DNA of 32,000 nt from Erysipelothrix inopinata (GTDB lineage: Bacteria > Bacillota_I > Bacilli_A > Erysipelotrichales > Erysipelotrichaceae). How positions within the stretch are numbered: the first letter of the stretch is position 1; every line of letters begins with the position of its first letter. The stretch lies in NCBI RefSeq assembly GCF_014396165.1, contig NZ_CP060715.1, positions 2,185,553 through 2,217,552 on the forward strand, read 5' to 3'. Below, in pieces: positions 9,320 through 18,802 of this stretch. Below the pieces are notes generated by a model. That model ran no database searches, had not been told where the DNA came from, and worked only from the letters and a program-made list of their open reading frames with translations. Both the position numbers and the translations under genes were made by a program.

Positions 9320-9442
9320 TTTACTATTAATAAATATCTACCCGTATAACGGGTAGTTTTAGTATCGCCCTAGAAGGGCTTCCTGCTCACGACCCTAAAG
9401 GGGTTTTTTCATTGAGACTGACAACCGCTATTTCATTGCTTA

Positions 9443-9898
9443 CTATCCCTTAAAGGGATCAATATATTCTCGCTTTGTCATTTCATCTCGTAGCTTATCT
9501 TCTGTCTCTTGGCTTCTAATGTAGTTCTCAATTGTTTTCTGATTAAGTCCTACTGTACTCACATAGTATCCCTTTGCCCAGAAGTTTCTATTTCCTTGTT
9601 TATATTTGAGATTTGCATGCCTATCAAAAATCATCAATGTACTTTTACCCTTAAGGTATCCCACAAACGCAGATACCGATAATTTCGGTGGTATCTTCAC
9701 CAACATATGAATATGATCTACACATGCATGGGCCTCAATGATTTCTACATCTTTCATTTCACATAACTTTCTTAGAATTGATCCGATGTCTATTCTAAGT
9801 TTCCCATAGATTACTTTGCGTCTATATTTCGGAATAAACACAATGTGATACTTACAATTCCATCGAGTATGTGCTAAACTATTTTCACTTGGTACCAA
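9443..9898 (-). CDS. tnpA: IS200/IS605-family Y1 (HUH) transposase TnpA
   Basis: Contains SLAHTRWNCKYHIVFIPKYRR, the HUH motif VDHIHMLV and the catalytic Tyr context AKGYYVSTVG. A TTG start at 9898 (GGAGG 7 nt upstream) is likely. The ORF-track ATG is at 9937. Confidence 0.9.
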   Translation of the reverse strand: MVPSENSLAHTRWNCKYHIVFIPKYRRKVIYGKLRIDIGSILRKLCEMKDVEIIEAHACVDHIHMLVKIPPKLSVSAFVGYLKGKSTLMIFDRHANLKYKQGNRNFWAKGYYVSTVGLNQKTIENYIRSQETEDKLRDEMTKREYIDPFKG

Positions 9899-10021
9899 GT
9901 TATTACCTCCTTGTTTATATTTGCGATTGTCAGTCACATTTATAATAACATGGAGGTTTTTTTCTGTTACAACTCTATAAGTTTATGTTCTCACACGCAT
10001 AGCGTGTGGTTTTCTAAAACG

Positions 10022-10056
10022 ATAATAAAAGACCCATCATATTGAATGACAGGTCT
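10022..10056 (-). terminator. intrinsic terminator, either for the glgP-malQ operon or the IS200 left-end read-through blocker
   Basis: The RNA reads AGACCUGUCAU-UCAAU-AUGAUGGGUCU (11-bp stem with two G-U pairs) followed by UUUUAUUAU. Confidence 0.65.
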
Positions 10057-10074
10057 TAGTACTCTATAAAATTT

Positions 10075-10086
10075 AAAACAGTTCTT
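10075..10086. repeat. 12-bp direct repeat AAAACAGTTCTT, copy 2 (flanks the IS)
   Basis: Exact match to 9308-9319. Confidence 0.8.
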
Positions 10087-10096
10087 AATTAATACC

Positions 10097-10225
10097 TTAC
10101 TTTTGTTCGTATTTCATTTTTTCTTCTTTCATTTTCTTTAAGGATTTATGAATTGTGAAAATTCCAAAACATAAAACTAATATGGAAATGATGAGCATAA
10201 ATAATGATCCTTGAACTGAATTCAT
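10097..10225 (-). CDS. small (42 aa) single-pass membrane protein, hypothetical
   Basis: Below the ORF-track size cutoff. AGGAG lies 8 nt upstream of the ATG at 10225. The translation is MNSVQGSLFMLIISILVLCFGIFTIHKSLKKMKEEKMKYEQK: a hydrophobic helix followed by a Lys/Glu tail. It starts 70 nt downstream of malQ. Confidence 0.45.
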   Translation of the reverse strand: MNSVQGSLFMLIISILVLCFGIFTIHKSLKKMKEEKMKYEQK

Positions 10226-10295
10226 AGATGATTCTCCTTTCTCTCACGTGTTATTAGTCATTCTTTTTAAAGTTGAAAAACTCATAGAGAAGTTA

Positions 10296-11720
10296 TTATC
10301 GATTATGTTTATCAATAAGATATGCTAAGAATTCGAATCCATCTTCTAGATTAGAGTCGATATCGAGTTTCCATTCCCAGTTAGGAGATCCTATAGTTCC
10401 GGGAGAATTAATACGTGTTTCATCTCCCATTCCCATAAGGTCTTGCATGGGTAATATAGCCCAGTCTGCATTTAAAGATAAAGTATAAGAACATAATTGT
10501 TTCCATAACGTTCTTTCGTTAATACCTAGGTCTCTTAAATTGGCAGAAATTTTCAAATGATTTCCAGGTGTTAAATCTTGGACCCATCCTTGAATCGGTT
10601 GGTTGTCATGTGTTCCTGTGTAGACTAAAACATTGGTTCCCATTGATGCATCACGTTTCAATTCATTAGGTTTAATATTAAATTGAATGATGGTCATTCC
10701 CATTAAGTTATAGTCATCTCTAAGTTCTAACACTTCTGGACGTAAATCTCCTAAGTCTTCAACAACAAGGTTTAAGTCTTCGATATTTTCATACATACAA
10801 TCAAAGAATGCGTGTCTTGGTCCAAGTCGCCATTCACCAATTCGAGCGGTATCACTTGTACCAGGAATTGCCCAGTAAGTATCAAATGCTCTAAAGTGAT
10901 CAATACGAATCACATCAAACATCCGTTGGTTCCAGCGAAGTCTTTCTATCCAAAGTGAATAGTTATCTTTCGCCATTGCATCCCAGTCGTAGAGTGGATT
11001 GCCCCAATGTTGCCCTTCATCACTAAAATGATCGGGTGGAACACCTGCAACCCAGGCAGCACTTCCATCAGGGTTCAAAAGAAATTGATCACGATGGTGA
11101 TAGACTTCTGCGGAGTCATGCCCTAGGTAAATGGGAATATCACCCACAACAATAATTCCAAGACTATTCGCATATGCTTTGAGATCCATCCATTGTTCAT
11201 AAAACACAAACTGAACAAAGCGCTCATATTCTAAATTCTCCTCTAATGTTTCAAATTCAGTCCAATCAAGCCATGATGCATTATCGTTATGTTTTTTTAA
11301 TGCGATAAATTCAACATATTCATCAAGCCATGGTTTCGATACTTCCAAGAAAGATGCATAGGCATCATTTTTCTCAAAGACTTCAAAGGCTTGAAGCAAT
11401 GCAAATTTCTTACGATCACGAACACTATCGTAATGAATTGTAGTTTCCCTTTCAGGCTCAAAATCATATTCTAATCCGAGACTTTGAAACAGAACTTCAA
11501 TAGATATATAGATTTCATCTCCTGCAAATGAGGAATAGGTTTGATAAGGGCTATTGCCATATCCAACTGGATTTAAGGGAAGGATTTGCCAGATTGTGGC
11601 ACCGGTGTCAGCCAATTGATTAATCCAATCATAAGCACTTTGACCAAAGTCTCCAATTCCCAGTGTTCCTTCAAAACTCGATACGGGCATTAACACCCCT
11701 GCAGTACGAGTATGTTTCAT
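10296..11720 (-). CDS. malQ: 4-alpha-glucanotransferase (amylomaltase, GH77)
   Basis: MKHTRTAGVLMPVSSFEG...GIGDFG...WQILPLNP...IRIDHFRAF...GTHDN is the typical MalQ pattern. The start at 11720 lies 1 nt after the glgP stop. Confidence 0.92.
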   Translation of the reverse strand: MKHTRTAGVLMPVSSFEGTLGIGDFGQSAYDWINQLADTGATIWQILPLNPVGYGNSPYQTYSSFAGDEIYISIEVLFQSLGLEYDFEPERETTIHYDSVRDRKKFALLQAFEVFEKNDAYASFLEVSKPWLDEYVEFIALKKHNDNASWLDWTEFETLEENLEYERFVQFVFYEQWMDLKAYANSLGIIVVGDIPIYLGHDSAEVYHHRDQFLLNPDGSAAWVAGVPPDHFSDEGQHWGNPLYDWDAMAKDNYSLWIERLRWNQRMFDVIRIDHFRAFDTYWAIPGTSDTARIGEWRLGPRHAFFDCMYENIEDLNLVVEDLGDLRPEVLELRDDYNLMGMTIIQFNIKPNELKRDASMGTNVLVYTGTHDNQPIQGWVQDLTPGNHLKISANLRDLGINERTLWKQLCSYTLSLNADWAILPMQDLMGMGDETRINSPGTIGSPNWEWKLDIDSNLEDGFEFLAYLIDKHNR

Positions 11721-11721
11721 A

Positions 11722-13962
11722 TTACACCTTCCAAATATCTCTATTATATTCTTCAATAGTACGATCACTTGAGAAGAATCCTGCACGTGAAATGTTTATT
11801 AACATTTTTTGTGCCCATTCTAATCTGTTTTCGTAGTCAGATATCATTCTATTTTTTGTTTCTATGTATGACTCAAGATCAATTAAAGTCATAAACCAGT
11901 CTTTTGTAATGAGCTCATGGTGAAGTCTATCAAGATTTTCTTTCTTACCAAACGCAAGCATTTCAAGTCCATTAATAAAATCAACAGCATTTCGAATCAT
12001 TTCATTATGATTATAGTAGTTACCTGGATGATAATCTCCTAACTTGTAATGGTTAATGATTTCATCACTAGATTCTCCAAAAATATAAATATTCTCTTGT
12101 CCTACAAGCTCACAAATTTCAACGTTTGCACCGTCCATTGTTCCAAGTGTTAAGGCACCATTTAACATGAATTTCATATTACCGGTTCCACTTGCTTCTT
12201 TTGATGCAAGTGAAATTTGTTCGGAAATGTCACTTGCAGGAATCAACATTTCTGCCTTAGTAACATTATAGTTTTCTACAAATACAATTTGGAGATGTTG
12301 ATTTACCTGTGGATCTTGATGAACCACTTCAGCTAGAGTAAGGAGTGCGTGAATTATATCTTTCGCAATCGTATAGGCTGGAGCTGCTTTAGCACCAAAG
12401 AATAAGGTAATCGGGCGACTTGGGATATTTCCCTTTTTAATTTCTTGATACATATGAATTGCATAAAGCAGATTCATTTGTTGACGCTTGTATTCATGCA
12501 TACGTTTAATTTGAATATCATAAATTGAATGAGGATTAATTTTAGTATTTTCGGTAGCTAGAATAAAGTCTGCAAGTTCTTGTTTCTTCATATCTTTAAT
12601 GGCTAGAAGTTCTTTAAGACTATTCTCATCTTTCGTAAATTCTTCCAGTTTTTGAAGTTCCATTGCATCACGTTTAAATCCATCACCAATACGAGTTTCA
12701 ATAAAATTAGTTAGAGGTTTATTGGTATACATCAACCATCTTCTGAATGTAATACCATTTGTTTTATTATTAAATCGTTCTGGATAAATATCAAAGAATG
12801 GTTTTAATTCACTGTTCTTAAGAATTTCTGTGTGCAATGCTGCAACACCATTTGTAGATTTACTAAAATGAATTGCTAGAGACGCCATGTGAACACGTTG
12901 TTCATGATCGATGACTGCTGTGCTTGGATCTTGACTGCGCGTTTTTCCAACTTCATCAAGTCTATGAAGAAGCGTGACAAGCTCTGGATCCATTGCTTCA
13001 AAATAATGAAGAGGCCATTTTTCTAATGCTTCTGCCAAGATCGTATGGTTTGTATATGCACAGGTGTTTGAAATAACCTTAACTGCATGGTCAAAGCTAA
13101 TACCTTTATTCAACATCTCACGTAAGAGTAAAAGAATAACCATTGAAGGATGAGTATCATTAATTTGAATTGTAACAAATTCATCCAAGTGATCAAGATG
13201 ATCACCATGTTCTTTCAGAATCCATGCAAGACCACATGAAACCATGAAGTATTGTTGAATGAAACGGAGTCTTTGACCCGCTTCAGTGGAGTCATCAGGG
13301 TATAGGAATAACGTTAAGTTTTTATCAATCGCTTGTTGATTAAATTGAATTCCAGCTTCAATAATAGAATCATCAAGTGATTCTAGGTCAAAAAGACGGA
13401 GTGGTGCTTTTTCACCATTATATCCAAGAATATCAATTTGATACATACGACCCGTTACTTTAACGTCGCCAAGCATCACTTCAGTAGCAAAATCAGTTTT
13501 GTTTAACCAACCTGGTTTATCCAACCAAGCATCTTTTTCTTCATGTTGTAAGTTTTTGGCGAATACTTGTTTAAATAATCCGTAATGATAAACCAATCCC
13601 AATCCTTGACCATTAAGACCTAGGGTAGCGATAGAATCCATGAAACATGCAGCAAGACGTCCAAGTCCACCATTCCCAAGGGAAGGTTCGGGTTCATAAG
13701 CTTCAATATCCGTAATATTATGACCGCTTTCTGCTAGTGTATCCTTGAGGTCATCGTAAATACCTAAGTTCATCAGGTTATTCGATAATAATTTTCCAAT
13801 TAAAAACTCTGCTGACATATAGTAAATGGTACGTTCACCATGTACTTGGGGTGTTTGATTTATTTTTTCTTGAGTTAGGGCAAGGACTGCCTCGTAAATT
13901 TGTGCGGTAGTTGCTGATTCTAATGAACAGCTCATCATGCTTTCTAATTCTTCTTTAAACAT
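11722..13962 (-). CDS. glgP: alpha-glucan (glycogen/maltodextrin) phosphorylase
   Basis: 746 aa with LGNGGLGRLAACFMDS and the PLP-lysine region EASGTGNMKFMLNGALTLGTMDGANVE. Confidence 0.93.
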   Translation of the reverse strand: MFKEELESMMSCSLESATTAQIYEAVLALTQEKINQTPQVHGERTIYYMSAEFLIGKLLSNNLMNLGIYDDLKDTLAESGHNITDIEAYEPEPSLGNGGLGRLAACFMDSIATLGLNGQGLGLVYHYGLFKQVFAKNLQHEEKDAWLDKPGWLNKTDFATEVMLGDVKVTGRMYQIDILGYNGEKAPLRLFDLESLDDSIIEAGIQFNQQAIDKNLTLFLYPDDSTEAGQRLRFIQQYFMVSCGLAWILKEHGDHLDHLDEFVTIQINDTHPSMVILLLLREMLNKGISFDHAVKVISNTCAYTNHTILAEALEKWPLHYFEAMDPELVTLLHRLDEVGKTRSQDPSTAVIDHEQRVHMASLAIHFSKSTNGVAALHTEILKNSELKPFFDIYPERFNNKTNGITFRRWLMYTNKPLTNFIETRIGDGFKRDAMELQKLEEFTKDENSLKELLAIKDMKKQELADFILATENTKINPHSIYDIQIKRMHEYKRQQMNLLYAIHMYQEIKKGNIPSRPITLFFGAKAAPAYTIAKDIIHALLTLAEVVHQDPQVNQHLQIVFVENYNVTKAEMLIPASDISEQISLASKEASGTGNMKFMLNGALTLGTMDGANVEICELVGQENIYIFGESSDEIINHYKLGDYHPGNYYNHNEMIRNAVDFINGLEMLAFGKKENLDRLHHELITKDWFMTLIDLESYIETKNRMISDYENRLEWAQKMLINISRAGFFSSDRTIEEYNRDIWKV

Positions 13963-13973
13963 ATTTTTCCTCC

Positions 13974-13985
13974 GAAAACGTTTTC
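13974..13985 (-). promoter_or_regulatory. LacI-family (MalR/CcpA-type) operator GAAAACGTTTTC upstream of glgP
   Basis: A perfect 12-bp palindrome directly abutting the glgP RBS (AGAAAACGTTTTCGGAGG). An additional ACGTTTT half-site lies just upstream. Confidence 0.55.
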
Positions 13986-14021
13986 TAAAACGTATTAATA
14001 GTAGAGGGTTCTCACCCTCTT

Positions 14022-15011
14022 TTACATAATAACATCATCATATGATATGGTTTTAATTTCATAGTCAAGTAAGATTGCTTCTGAAGGATTTCCTTGAAGC
14101 AAGTTGTGTACGGCATTCACTGCTGCAACTGAGATTTTATAAAAATCTTGATCTACAGTATCGATTTTGGAATCGATATATCCTAACAGTGTAATCCCAT
14201 CATAACCACAAACAGGTCTAAACTCATCCATTTCTTGAAGTCCATGGACAGCTCCAATGGCAATCAAATCGGAAGCACAGATGACAAGATCTGCATCTTT
14301 TGCATGTTTGATTGTTAGCTCACGCGCTTTCTTTTCACTAAAATTAGCATATTGTGCGTTGATTTTCACGTGATTGTGATCACATGCATCCACAACACCT
14401 TGGAGACGTAAATCAGTGACATAGCCGTCACGACGTCCTGCTAGGTATAGAATTTTCTTTGCCTTATGACGTTGAATCATCATCGAAGCAATTTCATATT
14501 GCGCTTTTTCATGGTCTACCATGACATATGAGGTACGAGGTCCTTGGATGGGTGCATCCACAACAACAGTTGGGAAAACATCCATATCAATTACCTCTTG
14601 ATATTCTACTGCCTCTTTAGAGAGGCCATAATATACAATAGCATTAACACGTAAAGAATTAAAGTATTGTAATATATCACGGGCTGTTTTTTTCTCAAGA
14701 ACATTTGAGAAAACTGGAATAACTTCAAGTTTGAGTTCTTTAGCTTGATTCATTGCTCCGAAGAGATATTGCATATTAATCTCATCAATTGCTTGACGTT
14801 GGTTATTAATGAAAATGACTAAAGCAACACGTTTCCCCTGCTTTGAGGAAAGTGCTGATGCGATGGAGTTCGGAACATAATTGAGTTCATCCACAGCATC
14901 CATTACTTTTGCTCGTGTAGCGTCGCTAATACTACTGTAATTGTTTAAGACCTTCGAGACTGTCGAAACACCTACACCGGCTTTTTTAGCGACATCGTTA
15001 ATACTAACCAT
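14022..15011 (-). CDS. LacI-family transcriptional regulator (maltose/maltodextrin regulator type)
   Basis: N-terminal HTH MVSINDVAKKAGVGVSTVSKVLN followed by a periplasmic-binding-like effector domain. The start at 15011 has GGAGG upstream. Confidence 0.88.
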   Translation of the reverse strand: MVSINDVAKKAGVGVSTVSKVLNNYSSISDATRAKVMDAVDELNYVPNSIASALSSKQGKRVALVIFINNQRQAIDEINMQYLFGAMNQAKELKLEVIPVFSNVLEKKTARDILQYFNSLRVNAIVYYGLSKEAVEYQEVIDMDVFPTVVVDAPIQGPRTSYVMVDHEKAQYEIASMMIQRHKAKKILYLAGRRDGYVTDLRLQGVVDACDHNHVKINAQYANFSEKKARELTIKHAKDADLVICASDLIAIGAVHGLQEMDEFRPVCGYDGITLLGYIDSKIDTVDQDFYKISVAAVNAVHNLLQGNPSEAILLDYEIKTISYDDVIM

Positions 15012-15035
15012 GCTCTTTCCTCCTGACATGAAACT

Positions 15036-15044
15036 ATTATAGCA
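15036..15044 (-). promoter_or_regulatory. candidate extended -10 (TGCTATAAT) for the LacI-family regulator gene
   Basis: The minus strand reads TGcTATAAT about 25 nt upstream of the start, within the 56-nt gap after the amylase gene. Confidence 0.35.
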
Positions 15045-15067
15045 TCATCCTTTTAATATAGGATAGT

Positions 15068-16552
15068 TTATTTATGTTTGATTACAAGACTGCTATAGCC
15101 TTCAACATTTAGTTGTGAGGCTTGCCCTTTGGCATCCCCAGATATTATATCCAATATTTCATATTTCCCAGTTAAGCTTTGTTGTTCAGAAGATAGGTTA
15201 TGAACAACAATGATATCGTCAAATTGCATGACATAAAGTGGCGCATCACTTGGTAAACTAATTGGGTTTGCGGTTGATATTTGGGAGTATTTATTTCTTA
15301 TTTCAATAACTTTAATATAGTGATTGATAAGCGATTGAGAATCTTTAAGTTGATCCTCTACTGAACTTTCAAACGGTACTGTATAGTCTGCATTTTTAGG
15401 CGGGTTTGTTCTTCCTTTATCGTCTTTTTGTGACCAAATCATTGGAAGACGTTTATTTTCATCAATCCCACTACCTTTAAGGCCAATTTCTTCACCATAG
15501 TAAATAAATGGTGTTCCCGGCATGGTTAGATAAATTGAAGCCGCAAGCTTTTGTTCTTTTTCATCTGTAAAATAACTCGCTGAACGTCCGTTATCATGAT
15601 TCGATAAAAATGGTGCATCTTTAGCCTTGGGATTATGACTGCGAATTTCATCATTATAGTCCGCAACTTTTTTTGATAGTGCTTGGCCATCTTCTTTTTT
15701 GATGCTTTTCACAATATCACCTTGTGCTTGACTGACACCAAAATTAAAGAAGCTATCAATTTTCGAATCATACATTTGAGCGATTGTACTGTTGGGTACC
15801 CATGCTTCTCCAACGATATAAGCTTGTGGATTGATTTCTTTAGCCATGGTGTTAAACCAACTTAGAAACTCAGTATTTTTAGATGTTTCATCTTCATAGA
15901 AATGAGTTGTAGCATCCAGTCTAAATCCTGAGACTCCAAGATTAAACCAAAATGTCACAATTTCTTTGATTTCATTTCTTACATCCGGATTGTCTAGATT
16001 CAAGTCTGGCATTGATTCGGTAAATACAGATTCATACCAAAGTCCTGAACCAATTTCATTGTAACCTTTTTGCCATGAATCACTAAAGTTATAGTAGTCA
16101 CAGTATTTAGTTTCAGAGCATGTTCCCGATTGCTTGGCAGCTACGGCCTCTTTAAACCAAGGATGATCGCTTGAAGTATGATTCAAGACCAAATCCATAA
16201 TTAAAGTCATGTCTCTGTCTTTCATTGATGAAAGTAATGATTTCATACTTTCAATATCACCATAAGATTTATCGATATCATAGTAATCCACAACATCGTA
16301 TTTGTGATATGAAGGCGATGGATTGATAGGCATCAACCAAAGATTGGAGACACCTAATGTTTCTTGTATGTAAGGGAGTTTTTCTTTTACACCTTCTAGA
16401 TCCCCAACCCCATCACCATTGGAATCATAGAACGATGCAACAAATATTTCATAGTATAGAGATGGTACTTCAGGATGAACGTACGCCTTCTTTTGAGGCG
16501 TACATCCAACTAAAACTAATATTCCAAGAAGAATAATTCCAAATTTTTTCAT
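15068..16552 (-). CDS. GH13 alpha-amylase-family lipoprotein (extracellular)
   Basis: Lipobox LVLVGC in MKKFGIILLGILVLVGCTPQ. GH13 catalytic regions GFRLDATTHF, VGEAW and FLSNHDN. The start overlaps the malG stop (TAATG). Confidence 0.88.
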   Translation of the reverse strand: MKKFGIILLGILVLVGCTPQKKAYVHPEVPSLYYEIFVASFYDSNGDGVGDLEGVKEKLPYIQETLGVSNLWLMPINPSPSYHKYDVVDYYDIDKSYGDIESMKSLLSSMKDRDMTLIMDLVLNHTSSDHPWFKEAVAAKQSGTCSETKYCDYYNFSDSWQKGYNEIGSGLWYESVFTESMPDLNLDNPDVRNEIKEIVTFWFNLGVSGFRLDATTHFYEDETSKNTEFLSWFNTMAKEINPQAYIVGEAWVPNSTIAQMYDSKIDSFFNFGVSQAQGDIVKSIKKEDGQALSKKVADYNDEIRSHNPKAKDAPFLSNHDNGRSASYFTDEKEQKLAASIYLTMPGTPFIYYGEEIGLKGSGIDENKRLPMIWSQKDDKGRTNPPKNADYTVPFESSVEDQLKDSQSLINHYIKVIEIRNKYSQISTANPISLPSDAPLYVMQFDDIIVVHNLSSEQQSLTGKYEILDIISGDAKGQASQLNVEGYSSLVIKHK

Positions 16553-17406
16553 TATCCTTTAACAGAACCCCCTGTGACACCTGAAACATAGTATTTTTGC
16601 ATAATGATAAATAAGATTGTGATTGGGATTGCGATGATTACCGCCCCTGCACAGAATTGAGTAAAGTATTGATTAATATTTTCCCGTTTCAGCATCTCAA
16701 ACAATCCTAATGCAACCGTATAGTTATTGTAGTTATCTCGCATAATGAAACTTACGAAGATAAAGTCTACCCATGGTGCTAAAAACGATGTTAATACGGT
16801 ATACACGATAATTGGTTTGGAAAGTGGTAATGTAATTTTCCAGAAAATATCGTGACGTGTTGCACCATCAATAATTGCTGATTCATCAATTGCTTTTGGT
16901 ATCGTATCGAAAAATCCCTTAGAGATATAGTATCCCATGGCAGCACCCCCTGAATAAACAAGAACAAGGGCAGCTAGTGACTGATCCAATCCAATAGCTT
17001 TGATTAAGTAGTAAATCGCAATCATTGACATAAATCCTGGGAACATCCCAATAACCAAGACGACATTCATCATTGGTTTACGAAGTTTAAATCTCAATCT
17101 TGAGAATGCATACGATGTTGCTAGTGTAATAATTGTAGATATTGCACATGTGAATACTGCAACAATAAACGTATTCATGAACCAACGTGGAAAGTTATAA
17201 CGGGATGTTTCAGTAAAGAGCTTGATGTAGTTATCAAGTGTCCATTGTTTCGGAACAACATAACTTGTGAAAGCACCGGGCTCCCCTCTGAACGAAGTCA
17301 TGATAATCCATACTACTGGAAGCAACCAAATGACACTTAGAATTGATAAAATAATATGTCCGACTGTTGATTTAGCACGTCGTTTTGCTTTGATTCCTTT
17401 CATCAT
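16552..17406 (-). CDS. malG: maltose/maltodextrin ABC transporter permease
   Basis: A 284-aa, 6-TM permease with an EAA-type loop (IDESAIIDGATRHDIFWKITLP). Overlaps malF by 4 nt. Confidence 0.88.
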   Translation of the reverse strand: MMKGIKAKRRAKSTVGHIILSILSVIWLLPVVWIIMTSFRGEPGAFTSYVVPKQWTLDNYIKLFTETSRYNFPRWFMNTFIVAVFTCAISTIITLATSYAFSRLRFKLRKPMMNVVLVIGMFPGFMSMIAIYYLIKAIGLDQSLAALVLVYSGGAAMGYYISKGFFDTIPKAIDESAIIDGATRHDIFWKITLPLSKPIIVYTVLTSFLAPWVDFIFVSFIMRDNYNNYTVALGLFEMLKRENINQYFTQFCAGAVIIAIPITILFIIMQKYYVSGVTGGSVKG

Positions 17407-18758
17407 TGGAAATCACTCTCCTTTGCAGTAACTTTTCTAAATACAACCAGTGATAACACTGCACTAATTACGAAGATAATAATACCTACAGTTGAAGCCA
17501 ACGCATAGTTCTTTTCAGTGAGTGTTAATTTATAGAGCCATGTTACAAGTAAGTCTGTTTTACCAGCTTGATAGTAATCAAGTGATAATGGGCCCCCACC
17601 TGTTAACAAGAAGATTAAGTTAAAGTTATTGATATTACCGATAAATTGGGTAATTAAATAAGGTGTTGTGACACTGAGCATGTAAGGAAGTGTGATACTA
17701 AAGAATTGTCGTACAGGTCCAGCACCATCAATTCGTGCACTTTCATACATGTCTTCTGGAATATTCATCAAGATACCCGAAGTAATCAACATTGTATAAG
17801 GGACACCCACCCACAAGTTAACGACGATAACTGTAATCTTAGCTAATGTTCCATTTGTTAAGAATTTAATGGGTTCACTTATGACACCCCAGTTCATGAG
17901 AAGTACGTTGACAGGTCCTTGATCATGAAGTAATTGAGACATTAAGAGTAAACTAACAAATTGTGGAATCGCGATAGAAATAATGAAAATTGTTCTCCAG
18001 AATTTCTTAATCTTAATTCCTTTAGAGTTAATAAGCATTGCCAGCAGCATCCCAAAGATATAGTTTAGGAATGTTGCGAAGATTGCCCAAATAAATGTCC
18101 ATTTTAAGAGTGCAAAGAATGTTCCAGAAATAATCTTATTATTGTAAAGTAAGTCTTTGAAGTTTTGAAGTCCAACCCACGTAAAGAGGCTTCCTGGAGG
18201 TTGGTGATCAACATCAAAGTTAGTAAATGCAATGAGTACCATGAAGACCAACGGTGCAATGGTAAATGCAAACGTAAGAATTGTAGGTAATGCTAAAATC
18301 GTAACATGATAGCGTTCATTCAATAGTGTTTTCAATTCATCTCTGAATCCTGGTAGTGACTTACCTTCTTCAATAAGTTTTTGATTCGCAATTGCGCCTC
18401 GTACACTCATGAAGTAGATTGCAAAGAATCCTATAATGACAAAGATACAGAATACCCCAAAGAGTAGCATCAACATCGAGTTATGCCCTTCAGAATAAAG
18501 ATATATTCCTTGAGCTTCATCAAACACTTCACCTGCAAGTGTTGTCCCTAATGTCGTTAACCCTGAAAGTTGACTGAACCCAAAACGTATCATATATAGT
18601 ATGAATAGAATCTGTGCTGAGAGATAGAGATAGCCTTTAATAAATTGTTTTCTCAGAAAGGCTCCCGATCCCATAATAAAATATGCACAGCGAGTAATTT
18701 TATCCCCTTTTTTGAACCCATCGAAGAAATTCTTAATGGGTTGTGTCAGTTTATCCAT
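17403..18758 (-). CDS. malF: maltose/maltodextrin ABC transporter permease
   Basis: A 451-aa polytopic permease with an EAA loop (YESARIDGAGPVRQFFSITLP). A GGAG RBS is present. Confidence 0.88.
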   Translation of the reverse strand: MDKLTQPIKNFFDGFKKGDKITRCAYFIMGSGAFLRKQFIKGYLYLSAQILFILYMIRFGFSQLSGLTTLGTTLAGEVFDEAQGIYLYSEGHNSMLMLLFGVFCIFVIIGFFAIYFMSVRGAIANQKLIEEGKSLPGFRDELKTLLNERYHVTILALPTILTFAFTIAPLVFMVLIAFTNFDVDHQPPGSLFTWVGLQNFKDLLYNNKIISGTFFALLKWTFIWAIFATFLNYIFGMLLAMLINSKGIKIKKFWRTIFIISIAIPQFVSLLLMSQLLHDQGPVNVLLMNWGVISEPIKFLTNGTLAKITVIVVNLWVGVPYTMLITSGILMNIPEDMYESARIDGAGPVRQFFSITLPYMLSVTTPYLITQFIGNINNFNLIFLLTGGGPLSLDYYQAGKTDLLVTWLYKLTLTEKNYALASTVGIIIFVISAVLSLVVFRKVTAKESDFQ

Positions 18759-18781
18759 TTCATTTTCTCCTTAATAATGAA

Positions 18782-18797
18782 AGGGGCATACGCCCCT
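18782..18797 (-). other. intercistronic GC-rich stem-loop between malE and malF
   Basis: AGGGGC-GUAU-GCCCCU sits in the 44-nt malE-malF gap with no strong U-tract. This is typical of mRNA-stabilising or partial-terminator hairpins after binding-protein genes. Confidence 0.5.
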
Positions 18798-18802
18798 AAA
18801 TG

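Larger units (their letters stand above)
9320..10074 (-). mobile_element. IS200-type insertion sequence (IS200/IS605 family, tnpA only); ends approximate
   Basis: A single Y1 HUH transposase gene with subterminal hairpins: CTACCCG/CGGGTAG (9338-9356), GCCC/GGGC (9367-9379) and CACACGC/GCGTGTG (9992-10008). An anti-SD CCTCC (9956-9952) is complementary to the tnpA RBS. A terminator hairpin lies at 10030-10056. The size of about 0.75 kb is typical for this family. Confidence 0.8.
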
